Positions 22,575-29,469 of a stretch of DNA of 32,000 nucleotides are shown in pieces. The position numbers and the translations under genes were made by a program. Position 1 is the stretch's first letter. Each line of letters starts with the position of its first letter. The notes under the pieces were generated by a model. It was not told where the DNA came from. It was given only the letters and a program-made list of their open reading frames with translations, and did not search any database. The DNA comes from Acaryochloris thomasi RCC1774 (lineage in GTDB: Bacteria; Cyanobacteriota; Cyanobacteriia; Thermosynechococcales; Thermosynechococcaceae), in NCBI RefSeq assembly GCF_003231495.1, contig NZ_PQWO01000032.1, forward strand, positions 1-32,000, read 5' to 3'.

Positions 22575-22829
22575 ATGAAGCTAATTGGGATGAAGGTAAG
22601 AAAAGTAATTGATGTTGAAGTTCCTGGGTTGGGACTCCAAATCAAAGAGGCTAGGGAAAGAGACCCGCGTTCTCTGGCTAGTATCTGTCGAGAGATTGAT
22701 ATGACACCTATGAATTGGTACAAGATTGAGGCAGAGGGCACTAAGGCTTTGCCTGAAGAAACGTTGCGAGATATTGAGAAGGTGCTTGGTGTCGATCTTG
22801 GGGTCAGCTTTGAAGTGGCTGCTGCTTAG
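22575..22829 (+). CDS. XRE-family helix-turn-helix regulator
   Basis: 84 aa. LQIKEARERDPRSLASICREIDMTPMNWYKIE fits the HTH_3 pattern. SD AAGGAG. Confidence 0.7.
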   Translation: MKLIGMKVRKVIDVEVPGLGLQIKEARERDPRSLASICREIDMTPMNWYKIEAEGTKALPEETLRDIEKVLGVDLGVSFEVAAA

Positions 22830-22902
22830 TCATCCTTTCGCTTCGGGAATTGAAAGAGTCTAGTTTTGAACATCATTTGTATAGATTGAGGAATCAAGGG
22901 AT

Positions 22903-23166
22903 ATGACGGCAGCAACACCAGACCGACTGGATCGCATAGAGGCGATGATTGAAAGCCTTGCGAATACGTCAGCGAACCTACTGCAGGCCACCAGTAACCA
23001 GGATGCCCGGATGACTCGGATTGAGCAGGCTCACGAATCTAGGCTTGAGAAGATTGAAACCTCTCTCCTGGGGCTGACTGAGATTGCTGGGATAATGGCG
23101 AAGGAGACTCGGCAGCTCAAGCGAACAATGGACTATTTGCTCAGTCATGATGGCGAAAGGAGCTAA
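22903..23166 (+). CDS. Small coiled-coil hypothetical protein
   Basis: 87-aa helical/heptad-like sequence. No family recognised. Confidence 0.5.
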   Translation: MTAATPDRLDRIEAMIESLANTSANLLQATSNQDARMTRIEQAHESRLEKIETSLLGLTEIAGIMAKETRQLKRTMDYLLSHDGERS

Positions 23167-23264
23167 TACAGCTCTGGCTGCAGATTCCCTGTTGGTGGCA
23201 GGTACCCCACTATCTATGCAGCACCTGTGTTGCTGCATCATGACTTTGCCCCGAAAATACCTTT

Positions 23265-23297
23265 CGACAGCTTTTCGCACGTTTTGCAATAGATAGA
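23265..23297 (+). promoter_or_regulatory. Conserved promoter/operator-like box, copy 7
   Basis: CGACAGCTTTTCGCACGTTTTGCAATAGATAGA. About 27 nt before GTG 23324. Confidence 0.55.
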
Positions 23298-23323
23298 TAG
23301 CGCTCTACTTAGGTCTGTCCATT

Positions 23324-23671
23324 GTGAAACTGCCAAAACTGTTGCCATTCGGTGCAACCGTATTCCTGATCACCACTCGCACATCCTGGGCAGACAACAG
23401 CCTGGGTAGTTGCATCGTATCGGTGCTGTGTAGCGGGATCGCTTTCCTATATCTCGTATCAGCCTTTCAGCCCAAAGCTCTCTACTTCAATACCCGGTTT
23501 TTCGCGTTCTATTTCATCTCGCTAGCGTATCTGCTGGTGGAAGTTGCGATCGCACAATTTGATTCAGACCCCTATCAGGTGTTGTTTGCTGCCGCTGTCA
23601 CAGGGGTAGCGATGGTATCAGCGCTATTGGTTGAGCTGTTTTTCTTCATGAGGCAAAAGAAATGGATTTGA
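23324..23671 (+). CDS. Integral membrane protein (about 4 TM)
   Basis: 115 aa with a GTG start, hydrophobic throughout. The stop overlaps the AAA ATPase start (ATGGATTTGA). Confidence 0.6.
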   Translation: MKLPKLLPFGATVFLITTRTSWADNSLGSCIVSVLCSGIAFLYLVSAFQPKALYFNTRFFAFYFISLAYLLVEVAIAQFDSDPYQVLFAAAVTGVAMVSALLVELFFFMRQKKWI

Positions 23672-25125
23672 TTAACAGACTGCAGCAGGGCTATAGCGTA
23701 TTGGCCCTAGAATCCCCCTTCAGTGAACGGATGCGAGTGCTGGCGGATTTAGAGCAATGGTCAGAGCAGCCGATCTACTTTTGGAGTCCTGGCTATTCCA
23801 AAGTGCTGCAGTACAAGAATAACCGTCTGGTCAGCATCGGACAGATAGATCGCTCAGGCAGCATCAATAGTCCTATGGATTTACTCAATGAGGCAGGGAT
23901 CTACTTACTCGAAGGGGGGCTAGATAAATTCAACCATTTTGTCTGGGTGGATCTGTACCACCGACTCAGGGAAGGCTATACCGTCATTGCCTTGGATCCT
24001 GCTCCAGAGCTGCACGATGATTTACGCGCCATCATTCCCCTAGTGATTGATGCAGTACCTGAATATCGGACTGTAGAGCTATGGCTGTGCGAATATCTCA
24101 ATAGATCGCCGTCGCCGCGACTGGTAAGAGCATGTCTGGGCTTGCATCTTGGCGCACTAGAGCAAATATTGGATCGGGTGGACCACGGTGATGAAGATGC
24201 GATGGCCGAAGGCCGGTCGGAGACCATCGCAAATTACGTCATTGGTCAGAAAACCGCTCAGCTCAGCGCGGTCGGTCTAGAGTCGATGGGTCAGCCCGAT
24301 GTCGAGATTGGTGGCCTCGACCAACTCAAAGAAATGCTGCACAAAACCACCAAGCTGTTCAGCCCAGAGGCAAGAGAAGCGGGCCTCAACTATCCCAAAG
24401 GGCTTATTCTCTGGGGTCTCCCCGGTACAGGTAAATCTTTAACAACCAAGACCGCCGCGCATTTGTTGGGTATGCCGCTGCTGGCAACTGACTGGAGCCA
24501 GATTATAGACGACAACAATCCAGCCAAAGCAGCAGCTAACTTGAGAGCCATCATTCAAATTGCGGAAGTTCTCTCGCCCTGCGTCCTGGCCTGGGATGAC
24601 TTTGAGAAGATGCCCCTTGGCGCACTGCACGGCATTTTGCTCACCTGGATGCAGGAGCGGACTAAGCCTGTGTATATCATCAGCAGCGTCAACCGTCTTG
24701 AGAAGCTGCCGCCCGAGATGATCCGGGCCGGTCGCTTTGACCAGATCGTATTTGTCGATCTGCCGAAAGAAGGAGAGCGGCAGGAGATCATCGCGCTTCA
24801 CCTGGCGCGATACACCGAGAGTGTTGAGTTCTCAAAGCTGGACTGGCACAACCTAATTAGTGCCTTCCGCAACTGCACGGCGGCTGAAATAGCTGGTGCT
24901 GTCAAGCAAGCTGCTGAAGAAGCTTTTTGTCAGGATAGGGCGGGGCAGATCACCGTGCAGGATTTGGTGCATCAGCGCAGCTTGTTTGTGCCCTCGATGA
25001 TTCGAGATGAGGATAGTATGTTAGCCATCCGCAAGCTGGCGCACTTGGCTCGCCCTGCCAGCGGTCCCGACAACTCTCAATGGCGAGTACCGCCGAGCGA
25101 GATGTTTGAGTTTATGGAGGATTAA
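23662..25125 (+). CDS. AAA+ ATPase (classic AAA clade) with an unknown ~230-aa N-terminal domain
   Basis: Walker A is LILWGLPGTGKSLT and Walker B is CVLAWDDFEK. The second region of homology is PPEMIRAGRFDQIVFVDLP. Confidence 0.85.
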   Translation: MDLINRLQQGYSVLALESPFSERMRVLADLEQWSEQPIYFWSPGYSKVLQYKNNRLVSIGQIDRSGSINSPMDLLNEAGIYLLEGGLDKFNHFVWVDLYHRLREGYTVIALDPAPELHDDLRAIIPLVIDAVPEYRTVELWLCEYLNRSPSPRLVRACLGLHLGALEQILDRVDHGDEDAMAEGRSETIANYVIGQKTAQLSAVGLESMGQPDVEIGGLDQLKEMLHKTTKLFSPEAREAGLNYPKGLILWGLPGTGKSLTTKTAAHLLGMPLLATDWSQIIDDNNPAKAAANLRAIIQIAEVLSPCVLAWDDFEKMPLGALHGILLTWMQERTKPVYIISSVNRLEKLPPEMIRAGRFDQIVFVDLPKEGERQEIIALHLARYTESVEFSKLDWHNLISAFRNCTAAEIAGAVKQAAEEAFCQDRAGQITVQDLVHQRSLFVPSMIRDEDSMLAIRKLAHLARPASGPDNSQWRVPPSEMFEFMED

Positions 25126-25152
25126 CAGGATTTTTGGCTTTTGCAATAGCTA
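25124..25152 (+). promoter_or_regulatory. Conserved promoter/operator-like box, copy 8 (degenerate)
   Basis: AACAGGATTTTTGGCTTTTGCAATAGCTA. The repeat starts in the stop codon of the AAA gene (GGATTAACAG..), exactly as copy 9 starts in the stop of 25204..25587. Confidence 0.5.
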
Positions 25153-25203
25153 GGTAAGCGTTTGACAGGATTTTGGAATTTTTACTAATTGAGGAATTTC
25201 CCT

Positions 25204-25587
25204 ATGAGACCTGAAATGATTTTTTTGAGTGTCGCCATCATGTTTTCGGGTTACTTGGGTTTCCCGCCAGGCGTTTGGTGGGCCTGGACTGTATCTGTCT
25301 TTTCAACGTTCGCTGCGGCTGCGATCGTGTTGTTGTTGTTGCTTGCCGATAAGTCAAAGCTGATGGAGCACCCGCAGCCTGAAATCAGAGCAGCGGTAAT
25401 AGGTGTGATGACTTCAATTGCCCAAACAAACTACTGGTTTATTGGCATTGTGAATCTTGCCTTTGTTTTCGGTTTCACAGCTAAAGGCCGCATATGGCTT
25501 GCGATCGCCATCGCAATATCCACGTTTTCTATGTTTGTTTTGCGCGAGATTGTTTCACGGCAGCTCCAGAGTGCTGCCGTGGATTAA
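25204..25587 (+). CDS. Integral membrane protein (about 4 TM)
   Basis: ATG 25204 follows SD GAGGAA. The track's TTG 25189 would place the SD inside the ORF. 127 aa, hydrophobic. Confidence 0.6.
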   Translation: MRPEMIFLSVAIMFSGYLGFPPGVWWAWTVSVFSTFAAAAIVLLLLLADKSKLMEHPQPEIRAAVIGVMTSIAQTNYWFIGIVNLAFVFGFTAKGRIWLAIAIAISTFSMFVLREIVSRQLQSAAVD

Positions 25588-25616
25588 CAGCTTTTTTGGC
25601 TTTTGCAATAGATAGC
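25586..25616 (+). promoter_or_regulatory. Conserved promoter/operator-like box, copy 9
   Basis: AACAGCTTTTTTGGCTTTTGCAATAGATAGC. Confidence 0.55.
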
Positions 25617-25654
25617 TAGGGGAACTCCCTAAAGCCGAACTCAATCCATAAGCT

Positions 25655-27808
25655 ATGAACCGATTTTTCTTCACCACCTTACTCCTCACCTCTGTTGGTC
25701 TAACGACCCCGCTATCTGCCTTGCGGGTGAATGCTCAGCAGTCTTCAGGTCTGCCCTTAACCATTGAGGGCGGTCACGGTACGAAAAAGACGATGACCGT
25801 CTCATTAGAGCAGAAGCCAACGAAGAACCTAGGCTTGAACTTGAAGGTCAAGGGTGCTGAAGGTGCCCAGGAAGGCTGGCTCTATGTCAACGGTCAGGTC
25901 GTTGCTCCGCTTTTCTCTTGGTACGCCAATCCATCCAACCGCAACCAGATTGCATCCGTTCGGCTGGTGACGCCTGGGGCAGTTTGGCGGGCCGGTCTCA
26001 ACGATGTCACCTTTGTCGCCCGCAACAACAATACGTTTAAGGTACTCACCGCTAATACTTACGAAACCGAGCGTAAGACCCATTTCACAAACATAGCGAA
26101 TCGCAATCGAACATCAACGATCTCAGCCCGAAGGCCAGTCAGACGCAGCTCGTCCTACACCTTGACCCAAGCGCCGCAAGCGATCGCCACCGCATCGGTG
26201 GGCAGAAAGACACTGACGTTAACGGACTTGATCGCCACTGTTACCCAGCCTCACGACGTTCCTGCTCCGGGAGTTCCACAAAGTTTTGATTTCCAGCAAT
26301 ACCCCAGACCTAGTGTTGCGTCACGGCCTGAGCGATTGGATCAGCCACTTCCAGCCGGTTCTGGCTACGTCAATACCTGGAATCATATCGATTCCCTGCA
26401 GAGGGATGCAGCCCCGAACGTCAAAGTAGAGATGGGCAGCATGTTCTTATCTTTCTTCAAGGATGGCAAGTGGCATACAACAGAGATGGGACCGCCGTGC
26501 CGTGCCTATACCTATGAATATCCAACGATAGGCACGGGTAAAGATACCGATGTTGCTGCTTGCGAGAACGGGGCTGCTTTTGCGGGGCTAGGTCTAAAGG
26601 GCTGGAATAAGCCAAATCGCCATACCCACGGCTGGGTTCAAAACGGCAGAGTTGGCGTGAATTCTGAAGATGTTGAGCACTTTATGGTTTGGGCCTCTGC
26701 TCGGACTCAACCGATTGACCCGGGTAAGCCTGCAAATCTTGATGGGCAGAACTACCAGTATGGGATTGGCGGGGATTACTTCAATTCTGATGAAGGTCGG
26801 GGTCGCAAGGCAGCGGTTCACTCCAGACGCCAGATCGTAGGCAGTCAATGGAAAACGCTGGTGGGTCACAACATGACGCCGCAAACCATCAAAACGATGT
26901 GCGCTCAGGGTAATTTGCCGTCAGAGCTGCCGCTGGTCGGTGGATGCAGCAGTTCTTCGGGGGCGTTTCGTGCCGGTACGAGCAGTACCCCGAATCCATC
27001 GCCGAAATCCCTTGCTAAAGCCACGGGTCAAAGCTCTCGAACTCAGACGGCTTCAGTACCTTTCAAGCGCACAGGAACCGGAGTGCTGACGCTCACTCAA
27101 TTAAGAGATGCGGTGACTAAGCCCCACGAGCAAGCTCCGGCACCGACTGTCCCTAGCAGCTACTGCCAAGCCTATAACGGCAAACCAAGCACCCTCAATC
27201 ATCCCAGCAACTCAAGCTGTAAGAATGAATTTGGTGATGATCAGTTCAAAAAGTACCGAACGATAAACCCTTGGTTTGTGGCCTACAGCCGCACAAAAAC
27301 ACCGGACACCATTGAAATGGGGGATATGTACATTTCAGTTCTCAAGCGGGGCGTGTGGACAACTCACAACTTTGGCCCACCGGGTCAGGCTTATTTATTT
27401 AAGACAGAATCCCTCAACAAGCGGGAGGCGAAAGATGTTGCCACCCTCGGTAACGGTGTCTCGAAGCTGGGATACGGGTTAGATAAATGGCAGAATCCTG
27501 CGCTCAGCGCCCACGGCTGGCCGGGTCCACATTGGGATATCGCGCTCAATGATGCTGAGCACATGATGGTGTGGGTCGATGCTAGAACCCAGAAGGAAGG
27601 CACTCATGCTGTCGGTGCCGGTCTGGACCTGCGGGACAATGTGCTCAAAACAGGTCTGCCAGCGGCCATCAGAACCCGCCAACGTTTCCTTGGTCCCCAG
27701 TGGACAACGATTGTGGGTCACAATATCCACCCTGACCAGCTCGCAACTATCTGTCAGAAGTATGGGTATCCCAGTGCCTTGAAGGTTGAGGGTTGTCCCC
27801 AGCAGTAG
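25655..27808 (+). CDS. Secreted protein with an N-terminal signal peptide and two tandem ~260-aa paralogous domains
   Basis: Signal peptide-like MNRFFFTTLLLTSVGLTTPLSALRVNAQQ. Repeat 1 runs ..TLTLTDLIATVTQPHD..GHNMTPQTIKTMCAQGNLPSELPLVGGC. Repeat 2 runs ..VLTLTQLRDAVTKPHE..GHNIHPDQLATICQKYGYPSALKVEGC. Confidence 0.75.
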   Translation: MNRFFFTTLLLTSVGLTTPLSALRVNAQQSSGLPLTIEGGHGTKKTMTVSLEQKPTKNLGLNLKVKGAEGAQEGWLYVNGQVVAPLFSWYANPSNRNQIASVRLVTPGAVWRAGLNDVTFVARNNNTFKVLTANTYETERKTHFTNIANRNRTSTISARRPVRRSSSYTLTQAPQAIATASVGRKTLTLTDLIATVTQPHDVPAPGVPQSFDFQQYPRPSVASRPERLDQPLPAGSGYVNTWNHIDSLQRDAAPNVKVEMGSMFLSFFKDGKWHTTEMGPPCRAYTYEYPTIGTGKDTDVAACENGAAFAGLGLKGWNKPNRHTHGWVQNGRVGVNSEDVEHFMVWASARTQPIDPGKPANLDGQNYQYGIGGDYFNSDEGRGRKAAVHSRRQIVGSQWKTLVGHNMTPQTIKTMCAQGNLPSELPLVGGCSSSSGAFRAGTSSTPNPSPKSLAKATGQSSRTQTASVPFKRTGTGVLTLTQLRDAVTKPHEQAPAPTVPSSYCQAYNGKPSTLNHPSNSSCKNEFGDDQFKKYRTINPWFVAYSRTKTPDTIEMGDMYISVLKRGVWTTHNFGPPGQAYLFKTESLNKREAKDVATLGNGVSKLGYGLDKWQNPALSAHGWPGPHWDIALNDAEHMMVWVDARTQKEGTHAVGAGLDLRDNVLKTGLPAAIRTRQRFLGPQWTTIVGHNIHPDQLATICQKYGYPSALKVEGCPQQ

Positions 27809-27809
27809 T

Positions 27810-28997
27810 TCAGTCAATTTCCCAGCCGTCGTCTTCGACCTCGATCTCCGGGTCGATCTCTGAGTAGCGTTCTGGGAAAAGCTCCTGTTCATAGGACTCG
27901 AACATTCTGATATCTTCAGAGGTCACCGCATATTGAACTCTGTCGTTTGTCTCAGTGAAAATAACGCCCCGTTCATCTGTGGCTGAGATAGTGAGCTTAT
28001 CGTCTGAGAACTCAAGCACATAGTCGTCGTTAACCAGTCGATTGACTCCCTTGTCTTTGGCCTCTTCCCGATAGAAGTTTGCGACATCTGAGAAGGTTTC
28101 AATCGTGCTTTGATCTAGCTCATTGTCCTTATCGAGTGCTGGCTCTGGTGCTGGGTAAACCCACGGCTCGATTTCCCTGCCGCTTACCTGTGAGACCAGT
28201 CGTTCGAGTAATGTTGCCATCTGGAAGGGGCCAACGCCACCCGGTACCGGCGTCAAATGCTGGGGAATGTCGTAGGCAGAGCGACTGACATCACCGCGAG
28301 GTTTTCCTTCGCCGGGAATGAAGCCTGCATCGACGACTAGGCGGTGTTCGGGGATGATGTGTTGCTCATCCAAAAGCTCGGGTGTACCTGTGGCTGAAAC
28401 GACGATATTCGCTTTACGGGTTTGGGTTTCGTCATCTCCGATTTCGATTTCTATGGTGTCGATACCAGCTTCTTTGAGGAGTTTGACGACTCCTTCGCCC
28501 ACGTAGCCGCCAGCGCCAACGACAGCTACGGTATCTCCTTCCTGAGCGAAGGATTCGACTAAGCGGTAAATTGTCTCAGAAGTAGCCGAGGTAGGGAAGT
28601 AGGGATTATCGCTGCGCATCCCATCGATGTCTTTCTCGAAAGAGATTTGCGGTAGTAGCTTCTTTAAGTCGTCAGGAATTGGATTCTGGACAATCAAACC
28701 AACAGAGTTTGCATTGGCCTCTATCAATAGATTCCTAAAGACATCCGGCGTAGTGAGAGAATCAAGTATAGGTTGTTTAACTTGACAGCCAAGTGCTGAA
28801 AATGTTTTCGCTTTATGCTCTGTCGAAAATCGAGCGGCTTCGTATTTTGCAAGTTCAATGGGGTCTTGTTCTGTTTCAGGCGGTAGGAAGCGAATAATTG
28901 TTACCTGTTCCTGGTTGCAGATGTTTTGAAACTCAGCCAGCCTGGATTTAACTTGTTTGAGGATAGAACTACCGTTGACTTTAGATGTCACGGGCAA
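27810..28997 (-). CDS. FolD-like methylenetetrahydrofolate dehydrogenase/cyclohydrolase homologue fused to the shared C-terminal module and acidic tail
   Basis: VGLIVQNPIP, KDIDG, VAVVGAGGYVGEGVVKLL, IVVSATG and TPVPGGVGPFQMATLLERL parallel FolD motifs. The last 68 aa (27813-28016) resemble 1045-1263 and end EVEDDGWEID. Confidence 0.75.
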   Translation of the reverse strand: MPVTSKVNGSSILKQVKSRLAEFQNICNQEQVTIIRFLPPETEQDPIELAKYEAARFSTEHKAKTFSALGCQVKQPILDSLTTPDVFRNLLIEANANSVGLIVQNPIPDDLKKLLPQISFEKDIDGMRSDNPYFPTSATSETIYRLVESFAQEGDTVAVVGAGGYVGEGVVKLLKEAGIDTIEIEIGDDETQTRKANIVVSATGTPELLDEQHIIPEHRLVVDAGFIPGEGKPRGDVSRSAYDIPQHLTPVPGGVGPFQMATLLERLVSQVSGREIEPWVYPAPEPALDKDNELDQSTIETFSDVANFYREEAKDKGVNRLVNDDYVLEFSDDKLTISATDERGVIFTETNDRVQYAVTSEDIRMFESYEQELFPERYSEIDPEIEVEDDGWEID

Positions 28998-29469
28998 GAA
29001 CTTCCAAAATATCTGCTACAGGAGAGAGTCTAATTTTGGTGTTCAGCTCTTCCACTTCATTGGGCCTGAGAACCCACCATTCAGCGCTCCAGGGTTCTAT
29101 ATGCTCAGGTAGAGGCCACGGTAACGTAACCCGCAGCCATCGCTCTGGCGTGGTCTGGTTCTCGTAGGTATTGGCCTGTGAAAATCTTCCGTAGTGACAG
29201 ATCCATGTCACCTTCTGAGTGTTCGCCTCATTTAAGTAGATAGGGTATTGTTCTCGGACGGCGAGGGCTAAAGCTTCAAAGTCGATTGAGACATCATGCT
29301 CCATCGATTTGTTGCTGTGCAGGCCAGAAGCAACAACAATGACTTCTTCTTTCTGTTCGTCCCTATAAATTCTCAAGAGACAGTGACACGAAGCATCTTC
29401 TTCCCGCCAGTGAAAGAGGGTCTCCACCACTGGCGCTAGCTTGTCTGTCTTGACGACTTGATTAACCAT
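28981..29469 (-). CDS. Hypothetical protein (162 aa)
   Basis: Start at ATG 29469 after a strong SD (GGAGGTCAGCCAATG), overlapping the GT2 stop (ATGGTTAA). The track start at 29643 is unlikely. The 3' end overlaps the FolD-like start by 17 nt. Confidence 0.6.
   Translation of the reverse strand: MVNQVVKTDKLAPVVETLFHWREEDASCHCLLRIYRDEQKEEVIVVASGLHSNKSMEHDVSIDFEALALAVREQYPIYLNEANTQKVTWICHYGRFSQANTYENQTTPERWLRVTLPWPLPEHIEPWSAEWWVLRPNEVEELNTKIRLSPVADILEVLARDI

Noticed and set aside
25162-25190. TTGACA-N15-17-TACTAAT promoter-like sequence between box copy 8 and gene 25204
   Set aside because: The implied transcription start would fall on or after the SD GAGGAA (25191-25196). The TTGACA is part of a local duplication of ACAGGATTTT(T)GG. 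The evidence is too ambiguous to call.
2943-25616. The TTGCAATAGATAGA boxes as replication iterons or integron attC-like recombination sites
   Set aside because: The copies are dispersed over 23 kb rather than clustered. Each is co-oriented with and close to a downstream gene. They lack the imperfect inverted-repeat architecture of attC, and no integron integrase is present.
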